Shown here: piece after piece, positions 46,830-57,336 of the stretch
Numbering within the stretch: position 1 is the stretch's first letter
Layout: every line of letters begins with the position of its first letter
NCBI GenBank assembly: GCA_963717935.1
Contig: CAVQXP010000004.1
Span: 256,001-320,000 of the forward strand
Direction of reading: 5' to 3'
Source: Candidatus Eiseniibacteriota bacterium
GTDB lineage: Bacteria; Eisenbacteria; RBG-16-71-46
Length of the DNA stretch: 64,000 nucleotides
The notes under the pieces: model-generated
What the model was told of the DNA's origin: nothing
Database searches by the model: none
Seen by the model: only the letters and a program-made list of their open reading frames with translations
Translations under genes and position numbers: made by a program

Positions 46830-48118
46830 GCGTCCGGCGCACTCTCCCCCGCGCCGCCGTCGCCGCGCTCTTCCTCGAGCGCCAGCACCTCGGCCGGCCA
46901 CGGGCGCGCAGGCTCACCGCGGCGAGTCTCGTCCGCTTCGCCGAGGACGTGGGCGGCATCCAGATCGACTCCATCAACGTGCTGGAACGCGCGCACCTCC
47001 TGACGCTCTGGAGCCGTTTCGGCGCGTACGATCGCTCCGCGCTCGAGCGGCTCGTCTACCGGCGGCGGCTGTTGTTCGAGTACTGGGCGCACGCGGCCTG
47101 CCTGGTGCCCACGACGCACTTCCCGATGTGGCGGCGCGCCATGCTCGACTACGAGGTCCGCCACACCGGCTGGACGAAGTGGCTGAGGAAGCACGGCCCG
47201 ACCATGAAGCGGGTCGAGCAGGCGTTCCGCGAGCGTGGGCCGCTGGGCAACTCCGACTTCGCGGACGAGCGCCGCGGCAAGCGCATGGCGGGCTGGTGGG
47301 CCTGGAAGCCAGAGGCGCACGCCATGGACTACCTGTGGAAGAAGGGCGTGCTCGGGGTGCATTCCCGCGTGCACTTCCAGCGCCGTCTCGACCTGGTCGA
47401 GCGCCTGCTGCCCGACGCGCTCGAGCTCGAGCCGCCGTCGCGCGAAGCGTTCCGCCGCTGGCACGTGCGCCGTTCGCTCCACGCGATGGGCGCCGCGAGC
47501 ACGGCCGACCTGCGGATGTACCTCTCCTACCCGCGCGCGGCCGTGGCCGAGCGCCGCGCGACGATCGAGACGATGCGGGGCTCCGGCGAGATCGCCGAGG
47601 TCACGGTCGAAGGCGAGCGCGCGCCGTGGCTCGCGCTGGCCGAGGACGTGCCCGTTCTCGAGGCCGCGGCGCGGCGCCGCTCCCCTCCCAGCCGCGGGAC
47701 CACGCTCCTCTCTCCCTTCGATTCGTTCCTCTGGCACCGCGAGCGCACGAAGACGCTCTTCGGCTTCGACTACCGCATCGAGGTCTACACCCCCGGGCAC
47801 CAGCGCGTGCACGGCTACTACTCGCTGCCCATCCTGCACGACGGGGCGCTCATCGGCCGGCTCGACGCGAAGAACCACCGCGAGGCGCGCCGGCTCGAGG
47901 TGAAGCACGTCCACTTCGAGGGCTGGTTCGCGGCCGGGTCCGCCCCGCCGGTCGACGGGCGCGGCCGCGTCGCGCTCGAGCCCGCGCTGGCGGGCCTCGG
48001 CGAGGCGCTCGCCTCGCTCGCGGCCTTCGTCGGCGCCGGGCGCGTCACGCTCGGGCGCGTGAGCCCGGCGAAGCTCGCGACCCCGCTGCGCCGGGCGGTG
48101 GCGGCCGGCGGGTCGTAG
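46826..48118 (+). CDS. ycaQ: YcaQ/AlkZ-family crosslink-repair DNA glycosylase (winged helix)
   Basis: QIDSINVLERAH.L.LWSR, FEYWAH, LLSPFD, FGFDYRIEVYTP..RVHGYYSLPIL. Confidence 0.88.
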   Translation: MSVRRTLPRAAVAALFLERQHLGRPRARRLTAASLVRFAEDVGGIQIDSINVLERAHLLTLWSRFGAYDRSALERLVYRRRLLFEYWAHAACLVPTTHFPMWRRAMLDYEVRHTGWTKWLRKHGPTMKRVEQAFRERGPLGNSDFADERRGKRMAGWWAWKPEAHAMDYLWKKGVLGVHSRVHFQRRLDLVERLLPDALELEPPSREAFRRWHVRRSLHAMGAASTADLRMYLSYPRAAVAERRATIETMRGSGEIAEVTVEGERAPWLALAEDVPVLEAAARRRSPPSRGTTLLSPFDSFLWHRERTKTLFGFDYRIEVYTPGHQRVHGYYSLPILHDGALIGRLDAKNHREARRLEVKHVHFEGWFAAGSAPPVDGRGRVALEPALAGLGEALASLAAFVGAGRVTLGRVSPAKLATPLRRAVAAGGS

Positions 48119-48281
48119 TCGACGCGCGGCGCCCGCCTGGCCGCGCGCTCCAACCCCATGCCCGGCCCCGCACACCCGGCCCCGCCTAGACCGTCCGCGG
48201 CAGCGGCGGCTACACTTATGGCACGTTCACCGCCTCGTCCGGGCGGTGCCAGGCCTGCACCTCGCCCTTTCGGAGTCCGCC

Positions 48282-50897
48282 ATGCGCCTTGGTCGCCTGC
48301 TCGCCATCTCCGCTGTCCTGTTGTGCGTCGTCGTCGTCGCCGGCCGCCATGGCTCCCGGCCCGGCCCCGGACTGGAACCGTCCCGCGAAGAGGAAAAGGG
48401 CGAACGGGAACCGAGCGAATGGTGGGAGAACCAGCGCGCCTTCCCGGGCACGAGCGTGAACCAGGCGGCCTTCGCCGCCGCGCGCGAGCGGGCGCAGTTC
48501 GATCGCGCGCGGACCGCGTTCACGACCAGCGCGGAGGGGCTCACCTGGACCCAGCTCGGGCCCTACAACATCGGCGGGCGGGTCACCGCGCTCGCCGTGG
48601 CCCCGGGCGGGACCACGATCTACCTGGGCGCGGCCAACGGCGGCGTGTTCAAGTCCACGAACTCGGGCGTGAACTGGACGCCGGTGACGGACGGCCTGGG
48701 CTGGGAGCTGTTCTCCATCGGCGCCCTCGCCCTCGACCCCACCGACGCGAACGTCGTCTACGCCGGCACCGGCGAGGCCAACAACTCGGTGGACTCCTAC
48801 GACGGGAACGGGCTCCTGCGCAGCGTGGACGGCGGGCAGAACTGGCAGTCGCTCGGCCTGCAGGCGACCGCGCGCATCGCCCGCGTCGCGGTGGACCCCT
48901 CGGACCCGAATCGCATCTTCGTGGCCGCGATGGGGACCCAGTTCTCGACCGGGCCCGAACGGGGGCTCTACCGCAGCGAGGACGGCGGACAGAGCTGGAG
49001 CAAGGTGCTGTTCGTGAGCGACTCGACCGGCGCCAACGACGTGCTCATCAACCCCGCGCACCCCGAGACGGTCTACTGCGCCACGCTCGAGCGCGTGCGT
49101 CGCTACACCTACCGGCGCGCGCACGGTCCCGAGTGCGGCATCTGGCGCAGCGCGGACTACGGCTCGACCTGGACGAGGCTCACGAACGGGCTGCCGACGC
49201 CCTCGGACAGCGTCGGCCGCATCGCGCTCGCGCTGTGCGCCTCGAAGCCGTCGATCCTCTACGCCCAGATCGGCTCAGGCTCGGCACTCGGCTGGGTCGG
49301 GCTCGGCATGTACCGCAGCCTGGACGGAGGACAGACGTGGTCCAAGCGTGACTCGGGCGGCAGCTTCAAGAACGCCTTCGGCGGCTTCTGCTGGTACTTC
49401 GGCGACGTGGCCGTGGACCCGAACAACTCCGAGATCGTGTACGCGCAGGGACAGATCCTGGGCCGCTCCAGCAACGGAGGCCAGACGTTCTCGGACCTCA
49501 CGAGCGGCGGCAGCTCCGTCCACGTGGACTTCCACGGCATGTGGATCGACCCGGCGGCCCCGAACCACCTCTACGTCGGGAACGACGGCGGCTTCTTCTC
49601 GACCACCAGCCTGACGACCTGGCTCAAGTCGGTGGACCTGCCGATCACGCAGTTCTACGCCGGCTGCGTGGATCCCTCGAACGCGAGCCGCGTGGGCGGC
49701 GGCACCCAGGACAACGGCTGCATGCTGACCGCGTCCTCGCCCACGGGCTGGTACGAGATCGCGCCGGGCGGTGACGGGTTCTACGTCCTCATCGACCCCA
49801 CCAACCCGAACATCGTGTTCTCCGAATGGCAGTACGGCAGCGGCGGCTACGGGCCCCTCCGCTCGACCAACGGCGGCAGCTCCGGAGCGTACGGCACGGG
49901 CATCACGGTGAGCGACCGCTTCAACTGGTGCGCGCCCTTCGTCATGGACCCGACCGATCACAACGTCCTGCTGTGCGGGAGTCACAGGGTCTACAAGAGC
50001 ATCGACAACGGCCTCGTCTGGACACCGGTGAGCGGAGACCTCACCTCGTACCCGGACCCGCTCTCCGTGCTGAGGTACCACACCATCACCACCCTGGACA
50101 TCTCCCCGGCCGATCCGCAGAGCTACTACGCGGGCACGGACGACGGCCGGGTCTGGCGCTCGATCGACGCGGGTGCCACCTGGACGAACATCTCCGCCGG
50201 ACTCCCCCTCTACTACGTCACCCGGGTGACCGCCGACCCGGTCGCCCCGGGTGTCGTCTATGCCTGCCTGTCGGGCTTCGGTCAGGATGAGCAGTCCCCC
50301 CACGTCTTCCGGAGCACCGACCGGGGCGACACCTGGACCCCGGTCGCCGGCAACCTGCCCGACGCCCCGGCGAACGACCTGATCGTGGACCCCGGCGACC
50401 CGAACACCCTGTTCCTGGCGACGGACGTCGGGGTCTACGTCACCCGCAACCTGGGCGGCGAGTGGAGCCCGTTGGGCCTGGGGATGCCGCTCCAGGCGAT
50501 CTTCGACCTGACGCTCCACCAACCCTCGCGCACCCTGGTCGCCGCCACGCACGGGCGCTCACAGTGGAAGATCAGCCTCGACGCGCTACCCCTTGCGGCA
50601 GGCCCCACTGCGACCCCCGGGCGTATCGCGCTGAGCGCGCCGGCGCCCAATCCGAGCCGGGGCGCGGCGCGCTTCGCGCTGGCACTGCCGGGGGCCGGAA
50701 CCGCGGAAGTCACGGTCTTCGACGCCGCGGGACGGCGCGTCCGAAGTCTGTTTTCGGGAGCCGCCGGGCCCGGCTCTCTGCCGCTCGCCTGGGACGGGCT
50801 CGACGCTCGTGGCCATCGCGCGGGTGCCGGGGTCTACTTCCTCCATGCGCGTGCGTCCGGCTCGACGGTGACGCGGAGACTCGTGCGGGTGGACTGA
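48282..50897 (+). CDS. Secreted BNR/Asp-box (VPS10/GH74-like) beta-propeller protein with C-terminal FlgD-type Ig domain
   Basis: Signal peptide; many S.DGG.(T/S)W boxes; GPYNIGGRV; C-terminal PNP...VFDAAGRRVR.L...WDG.D..G...GVYF. Confidence 0.85.
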   Translation: MRLGRLLAISAVLLCVVVVAGRHGSRPGPGLEPSREEEKGEREPSEWWENQRAFPGTSVNQAAFAAARERAQFDRARTAFTTSAEGLTWTQLGPYNIGGRVTALAVAPGGTTIYLGAANGGVFKSTNSGVNWTPVTDGLGWELFSIGALALDPTDANVVYAGTGEANNSVDSYDGNGLLRSVDGGQNWQSLGLQATARIARVAVDPSDPNRIFVAAMGTQFSTGPERGLYRSEDGGQSWSKVLFVSDSTGANDVLINPAHPETVYCATLERVRRYTYRRAHGPECGIWRSADYGSTWTRLTNGLPTPSDSVGRIALALCASKPSILYAQIGSGSALGWVGLGMYRSLDGGQTWSKRDSGGSFKNAFGGFCWYFGDVAVDPNNSEIVYAQGQILGRSSNGGQTFSDLTSGGSSVHVDFHGMWIDPAAPNHLYVGNDGGFFSTTSLTTWLKSVDLPITQFYAGCVDPSNASRVGGGTQDNGCMLTASSPTGWYEIAPGGDGFYVLIDPTNPNIVFSEWQYGSGGYGPLRSTNGGSSGAYGTGITVSDRFNWCAPFVMDPTDHNVLLCGSHRVYKSIDNGLVWTPVSGDLTSYPDPLSVLRYHTITTLDISPADPQSYYAGTDDGRVWRSIDAGATWTNISAGLPLYYVTRVTADPVAPGVVYACLSGFGQDEQSPHVFRSTDRGDTWTPVAGNLPDAPANDLIVDPGDPNTLFLATDVGVYVTRNLGGEWSPLGLGMPLQAIFDLTLHQPSRTLVAATHGRSQWKISLDALPLAAGPTATPGRIALSAPAPNPSRGAARFALALPGAGTAEVTVFDAAGRRVRSLFSGAAGPGSLPLAWDGLDARGHRAGAGVYFLHARASGSTVTRRLVRVD

Positions 50898-51042
50898 CCC
50901 GCGCGCGCGAGGAGCGTCGAGCCCGGGACTCTCGTCCCGGGCTCGACCTCATTCCGACCGCGCTGGAAGCGGCCCGGAATATGCTTGGCAGTTCCGACCG
51001 CTTCAGTCGCGGACAAAACCGGACCCACAGCAAAAACTAGCT

Positions 51043-51070
51043 TTGAAAATGCGGGTTATCCTGCTATACA
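51043..51070 (+). promoter_or_regulatory. Sigma70-type promoter for hup
   Basis: TTGAAA, 16-nt spacer ending TGc, then TATACA, in an AT-richer patch. Confidence 0.55.
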
Positions 51071-51143
51071 AGCACCCGGCTAGGGCACAATGAAGTGCCC
51101 GTCCGTTCCGCTACTCGTACCTTCGCAAGGAGAGGATGGAACC

Positions 51144-51434
51144 ATGGCGAAGATGATGACCAAGTCCCAGGTCGCCGCCCACATCGCCGGCAAGTTCGAG
51201 CTCACGAAGAAGATGGGCACGCTGATCCTCGAGGAACTGGCGACGCTCGCGGGCAAGGAAGCCAAGAAGAACGGCTTCGTGTTCCCCGGCGTGGGCAAGT
51301 TGGTCGTGGTGAACCGCAAGGCGCGCATGGGCCGCAACCCGCAGACGGGCCAGCCCATCAAGATCCCGGCAAAGCGCGTTCTGAAGTTCCGGATCGCGAA
51401 GGCCATGAAGGAGCTTGCGCTGAAGGCGCGGTAG
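51144..51434 (+). CDS. hup: HU family DNA-binding protein
   Basis: MTKSQ, RKARMGRNPQTG..IKIPAKRVLKFR; GGAGAGG RBS. Confidence 0.95.
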   Translation: MAKMMTKSQVAAHIAGKFELTKKMGTLILEELATLAGKEAKKNGFVFPGVGKLVVVNRKARMGRNPQTGQPIKIPAKRVLKFRIAKAMKELALKAR

Positions 51435-51452
51435 TCCCTCGGCAGACCTTGC

Positions 51453-51484
51453 AAGGGCCCCGGACTCCCGAGACCGGGGCCTTT
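51453..51484 (+). terminator. Probable intrinsic terminator after hup
   Basis: aagggccccgg/ccggggccttt hairpin with a short U tract. Confidence 0.6.
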
Positions 51485-51561
51485 CGCTTGGCCGCGAGGC
51501 AGGGAGGCGCGGCCGGGCTTTGCGCCGCTCCCCCGCCTCTGTCACCATGCCCTCCACTTCC

Positions 51562-52502
<941 letters not shown>

Positions 52503-52506
<4 letters not shown>

Positions 52507-53219
52507 ACGCCGTCCTCGTCCTCGCCACGCTGCGGCAGCGCTTCACGAGCCCCATCCGGCTCCTCATCGTGCTGCTGCTCGGCTGGATGCCGATGCTCCC
52601 GATCCTCATGGCGCCGCGCGCCGGGTTCGCCGCGTTCGGCGACTGCTACTTCCTCGCGCTGACGCTGGCCACGGGCATGATCGGCCAGGATCTCTCCTCG
52701 GGCACGCTCCAGCTGCTGCTGGCGCGGCCCGTGACGCGGGCGCAGTACGTCTTCAGCCGGTGGGGAGCGGTCGCCGCCGGGACCTTTCTGATCGCCGTGC
52801 TGCAGACGCTCGTGGCAGCGCTCATCATGGCGCTGCGCGGCGCCCCCGTGCCGTGGGACCAGGCTGCGCTGTTCCTCGCGAACGGCGCCCTGCTCGCACT
52901 CGGCACCGCGGCCGTCATGGCGCTGCTCTCGTCACTGGCAGCGGGACTGGGCGACCTGGGACTGCTCTTCCTCGTCTTCTTCTCGGCCCAGGTGCTGGAA
53001 AAGGTGGGCATGTTCAAGTCGTGGGACTGGCTCGTGCGCGGCGCCGGGGAGCTGCTGCGCGTGCTCAAGCCAGAGCTCGACCTTGCGCCCTTCTTCCACG
53101 GCGGACCGGTCGCCTGGCTGGCGGTGGTCTCGTACCTCTCGACCGTCACGCTCTGCCTCGGGCTTGCCGTGGTGGTGATGAATCGCAGGGAGTTGTCCTA
53201 TGCCTCCTCCGGCAACTGA
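52503..53219 (+). CDS. ABC-2 type permease
   Basis: About 6 TM segments, GTLQLLLARPVTR; ATGA-coupled to the ATPase. Confidence 0.87.
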
Positions 53220-53787
53220 CGGGTTGGGCGGGATTCCTCCGCACCGCGCGGGCTCGCCCCGGCGTGACCCGGTGCTGCTGCTGGCCGTCGCCGCGCTGCT
53301 GCTGGTGCTGCGCGTGGTCCTCGGCTTCCACGAAGCGGGCCCGGCGGCGGTGCCACCCACGGGCGGGCCTTCGGGCGCCGACGCCGTGCGATGGCGCACG
53401 CTGGAGACGGGCCTCGCCGAGGCCCGCGCGACGAACCGCCCCATCCTCTACGACTTCACCGCCGAGTGGTGCCCGCCGTGCCAGTCGATGCAGCGCCAGG
53501 TCTTCGCGGACCCGCGGGCCGCGGCGGAGATCGAGAGCCGGTTCGTGCCGGTGCGCGTGCTCGACCGCCAGCGCGAGGAGGGCCGCAACGCGCGCTGGGT
53601 GGACTCGCTCCAGGCGCGCTACCGGGTGAACGCGTTCCCGACCCTGATCGTGGTCGGCGTGGACGGCCGCGAGTCCACGCGCCTCGAGGGCTTCATGGGA
53701 CGCGATGCCACGCTGGGGCAGCTCCGCGGCGCGGGCGTGAGCCTGCGCTGGGGCGCGACAGGGCAGCAGCCGCCCGACAGCCGCTGA
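53200..53787 (+). CDS. Membrane-anchored thioredoxin-family protein
   Basis: N-terminal TM; DFTAEWCPPC; FPT cis-Pro loop. Confidence 0.85.
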   Translation: MPPPATDGLGGIPPHRAGSPRRDPVLLLAVAALLLVLRVVLGFHEAGPAAVPPTGGPSGADAVRWRTLETGLAEARATNRPILYDFTAEWCPPCQSMQRQVFADPRAAAEIESRFVPVRVLDRQREEGRNARWVDSLQARYRVNAFPTLIVVGVDGRESTRLEGFMGRDATLGQLRGAGVSLRWGATGQQPPDSR

Positions 53788-53790
53788 CGC

Positions 53791-54651
53791 TCAGCGCGCG
53801 AAGGTGGCGAGCACCACGGGCCCGCCGTCGGGCGCGTCGGCGAAGCGGCCGATGAGGCGGGCGAGCTCGTCCGGGCGGTCGAGCATCATGAAGTGCCCGC
53901 AACTGTCCACGCGCACCGCGCGCACCCGGGGCACGGACCCGAAGCCGAGCGCCGCCGCGGCCTCCACCCAGGGCTCTCCCTTCGGCCAGGAGCGCGGCGC
54001 GAGCACCACGAGCAGGGGACACTGCAGCCGCGCCATGCGCGCCGAGAGGTCGGTCGTGAAGGCGACCCGGATCCACGGCTTGACGACCGCGGGGTCCATC
54101 GCCGCCACCTCGCGGTAGAGCGCTTCGCCCTGCGCGGAGTCGCGGCCGAACGCGGCATAGGCCTGGCGCAGCATGCCCTGGTAGTCGCGATCGAGCGCGG
54201 CGAGCGCGGCCCGGCGCTCCGCTCCCTCGGCCTGCGGCCGCAGCGCCGTCTCGATCAGCACCAGCGCGCGCACGCGGCCCGGGCTGGCGCAGGCCTCGGC
54301 CGCGGCGACGAGCCCGCCGAGCGAGTGACCCACGAGCACGACCGGCTCCCTCGATGCGCGAGCGAGCGCCGCGTCGAGCGCCTGGGCCGAGCGCTCGAGC
54401 GAGAACGGGTCGGGCATCGCGCTGACACCGTGACCCGGCAGGTCCACGAGCACGACGTGGTGCCGCCGGGCGAGGATCCGCGCGGTGGGCAACCAGTGCC
54501 CGGCACCGCTGCCGAGCCCGTGCACGAGGACGATGGTCGGGCCATGGCCGAACGCGGCCGCCAGCAGCGCCGGCGGCGGCGAGAGCGTGCGGGCGCCGGA
54601 CAGCACCAGCACGAGCGCGGCAAGGGCAAGGACGCGGACTCGAAGGGACAC
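53791..54651 (-). CDS. Secreted alpha/beta hydrolase
   Basis: VHGLG, DLPGHG, GHSLGG nucleophile elbow, CGHFMM. Confidence 0.88.
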   Translation of the reverse strand: MSLRVRVLALAALVLVLSGARTLSPPPALLAAAFGHGPTIVLVHGLGSGAGHWLPTARILARRHHVVLVDLPGHGVSAMPDPFSLERSAQALDAALARASREPVVLVGHSLGGLVAAAEACASPGRVRALVLIETALRPQAEGAERRAALAALDRDYQGMLRQAYAAFGRDSAQGEALYREVAAMDPAVVKPWIRVAFTTDLSARMARLQCPLLVVLAPRSWPKGEPWVEAAAALGFGSVPRVRAVRVDSCGHFMMLDRPDELARLIGRFADAPDGGPVVLATFAR

Positions 54652-54827
54652 GCTTCTCCGGGGCGCCCCGGGGTTGGTCGGGGCACTCCGGGGTTATCGG
54701 CAGGCTGCAGACCCGGCTGAAGGCTGGCCGGACGCCTGCACGACGCGATTCGCACCACGTTCCGCCGCGTGCAGCGCGGGTCCGGCCCGGGGTGGAGCGA
54801 AGCTCGTGAGGAGCGCCGGCGCGCCGG

Positions 54828-55694
54828 CTACTTCTTCTTCGCCGCCAGCGTCCGGGCCGTGAAATCCGCGATGACCGCGGCCAGCGTGTCGGGCTGGTCC
54901 TGCATCACCATGTAGCCCGTGCCCTGGAGGCGCCGCGGCCGGATCCCGGTCGTGTCCTCGTAGCCGATCTCCCGGGCCACCGTCCCCCAGCTCTTGCCAC
55001 CCTTGAAGAGACGGTCCGTGGCGATGAACAGGAACGGCACCTGCAGGGATTTCACGGCCGGGGAGGCGTCGGCGAGGGGCAGGGCGCCCCAGTAGGCCTT
55101 CATGGTCCGCGCCGGCACCTGCATGGCCATGGCGTGGATGTTCATGCCCTGGGCCGAATCGCGGCCGAGCTGCGTGTAGACCATCTTCATCACGTCGTCG
55201 TAGTGCTCGTCGAGCTGCTCCTGGAAGTACCTCACCATCTGGTCCTCGATCGGCATGGGCGACTTGAGCCCGGCGTCGATGACCGCGATCCCGCGCGCGT
55301 GTCTCGGATGCGCCTTGAGCGCGAGCAACGCGAGCATCCCGCCCACGCCCTTGCCCACCACCACCGTGCTGTCCGGATCCTGCTTCGCGAGCACCAGATC
55401 GAGCGCCTCGGCCGCGGCACCGAGCGTGAATGGATCCGGCAGCGCTCCGCCACCGTGCCCCGGCAGGTCCACGAGCACGACCCGGTGCTTGCCGATGAGC
55501 TTGCGTGCGGTCGGTATCCAGCTCGTACGGCTGCCACCCAGGTCGGGAACGATCACGATGGTCGGGCCCTTGCCGAGCTCGAGCGTCTTGGGCGCCTCGA
55601 TGGGCGCCGCCGCCCCGCTCGGGGCGGCGAAGAGCGCGGCCGCGAGCAGCGCGGCCGGCGCCAGAATCCAGGTGGTTCTCGGGGTCTTGGTCAC
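54828..55694 (-). CDS. Secreted alpha/beta hydrolase paralog with a degenerate active site
   Basis: DLPGHG kept; GKGVGG in place of GHSLGG; TGYMVM in place of CGHFMM; GTG with GAGGGAG RBS. Confidence 0.82.
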   Translation of the reverse strand: MTKTPRTTWILAPAALLAAALFAAPSGAAAPIEAPKTLELGKGPTIVIVPDLGGSRTSWIPTARKLIGKHRVVLVDLPGHGGGALPDPFTLGAAAEALDLVLAKQDPDSTVVVGKGVGGMLALLALKAHPRHARGIAVIDAGLKSPMPIEDQMVRYFQEQLDEHYDDVMKMVYTQLGRDSAQGMNIHAMAMQVPARTMKAYWGALPLADASPAVKSLQVPFLFIATDRLFKGGKSWGTVAREIGYEDTTGIRPRRLQGTGYMVMQDQPDTLAAVIADFTARTLAAKKK

Positions 55695-55856
55695 GGGATC
55701 TCCCTCGGTGTGTGACTGCGGGTCCATCGACCGCCTCCCTGGCGCTCGACCCGCGCAAGGTCCGGCGCAGTGTAACCCGTGAGGCGATTCGGGGCATCCG
55801 GACCCCGCGCGGGCGCAGACGCGAGGCGGGCCCGAAAGCCTCCGAAAAGCCGCTCC

Positions 55857-55885
55857 TTGACGACTGCACATCCGTGCAGTAACGT
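55857..55885 (+). promoter_or_regulatory. Sigma70 promoter with a palindromic CTG-N10-CAG operator in the spacer
   Basis: TTGACG-N17-TAACGT; actgcac-atcc-gtgcagt at 55863-55880. Confidence 0.7.
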
Positions 55886-55904
55886 CCCTCCTGCCAGGTC
55901 CACC

Positions 55905-56159
55905 ATGAGACAGGAAACCATCGACGAGCCCGTCGCCGTGCGCGCCGATTTTCGGGGCGGCGCGGTCACGCCCATCGCCTTCCGCCTGCGCGGGCGGGAG
56001 CACCGCGTGGTGCGCGTGAACGCACGCTGGGTGGACCGCGTGCCACGGCACCCGCACTTCTACTTCTCGGTCACGGTCGAGAGCGGCGACGCCTACCAGC
56101 TCCAGCTCCAGGCCGCCGACCTCGTCTGGTGGCTGGACTCGGTGACGCTGGAGGGGTGA
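55905..56159 (+). CDS. Small protein, DUF6504-like
   Basis: IDEPVAV...PIAF..RGR.HRV..V..RW.....YF.V....G..YQL......WWL pattern. Confidence 0.65.
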   Translation: MRQETIDEPVAVRADFRGGAVTPIAFRLRGREHRVVRVNARWVDRVPRHPHFYFSVTVESGDAYQLQLQAADLVWWLDSVTLEG

Positions 56160-56307
56160 TGGCGAAGCGCGACGCGGAGGCGACGGCGAACCGGGTGACG
56201 GCTCCGGCGGCGGGGCCCCGTCGTGGCGGGGTGGAGCGAAGGGAGAGTCTTCGCTGGCGTAAGCTCACAGGGAGAAGCTGCGCATCGGACACGCCCGGGA
56301 GGAGACC

Positions 56308-57282
56308 ATGAAAGCCATCCGCATCCACGCCTTCGGCGGCCCCGAGGTCTACCGGTACGAGGAGATCCCCGACCCTTCGCCAGGCGCCGGCCAGGCTCTG
56401 GTCGCGATCGAGGCGGTCGGGGTGAACTTCATCGAGGTCTACCAGCGCACCGGCCTCTATCCCGTCCCGCTGCCCGCCACGCCCGGATCGGAGGCCGCGG
56501 GCACGATCGTCGCCGTCGGCCCCGGCGCCACGGAGTTCCGCACGGGTGACCGCGTCGCCTGGCAGGGCTCGCCCGGTGCCTACGCCGAGCGCGCGGCCGT
56601 GCCGGTCGAGCGGCTCGTGCGCCTGCCCGAGGGCGTGGGCCCGAAGCAGGGCGCCGCGGCGATGCTCCAGGGCATGACCGCGCACTACCTCGCGCACTCG
56701 ACGTTCCCCGTCAAACCCGGCGACACCTGCCTCGTGCACGCCGCGGCGGGCGGCGTCGGACTGCTGCTCTGCCAGATCGCGAAGCGGCGCGGCGCGCGCG
56801 TGATCGGCACCGTGTCCACCGCGGAGAAGGCCGCCCTCGCCCGCGAGGCGGGCGCGGGCGACGTGATCCTCTACACCGAGCAGGACTTCGAGGCCGAGGT
56901 GCGGCGGGTCACGGACGGCGCCGGCGTGCAGGTGGTCTACGACTCGGTGGGGCGCACGACCTTCGAGCGGAGCCTGCGCTGCCTCGCGCCGCGCGGGATG
57001 ATGGTGCTGTACGGCCAGTCGAGCGGGCCGGTCGGGTCCTTCGATCCGCAGTTGCTCAACCAGCGCGGCTCGATCTTCCTCACGCGGCCCATGCTGGGGC
57101 ACTACGTCGCCACGCGCACCGAGCTGCTCGAGCGCGCGAACGAGGTGCTGGGCTGGGTGCGCGACGGCACGCTGCGGCTGCGCATCGGGCGGGAGTTCCC
57201 GCTCGCGCAGGCGGCCGAGGCACACCGCCAGCTGCAGGCGCGCGCGACCACGGGGAAGCTGCTGCTGATCCCGGGGGCCTAG
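56308..57282 (+). CDS. qor: NADPH:quinone oxidoreductase (MDR family)
   Basis: [45 protein letters not shown]. Confidence 0.92.
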   Translation: MKAIRIHAFGGPEVYRYEEIPDPSPGAGQALVAIEAVGVNFIEVYQRTGLYPVPLPATPGSEAAGTIVAVGPGATEFRTGDRVAWQGSPGAYAERAAVPVERLVRLPEGVGPKQGAAAMLQGMTAHYLAHSTFPVKPGDTCLVHAAAGGVGLLLCQIAKRRGARVIGTVSTAEKAALAREAGAGDVILYTEQDFEAEVRRVTDGAGVQVVYDSVGRTTFERSLRCLAPRGMMVLYGQSSGPVGSFDPQLLNQRGSIFLTRPMLGHYVATRTELLERANEVLGWVRDGTLRLRIGREFPLAQAAEAHRQLQARATTGKLLLIPGA

Positions 57283-57336
57283 CCAGCGGCGCGCCGGAGC
57301 CGACCGGTCGAGCGCCGGGGAGGACCTCGTCGCCCC

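Noticed and set aside
45371..48118. GlcF-YcaQ 915-aa fusion
   Set aside because: Artefact of the ~46330 frameshift; glcF ends at 46829 and ycaQ has its own ATGA-coupled start at 46826
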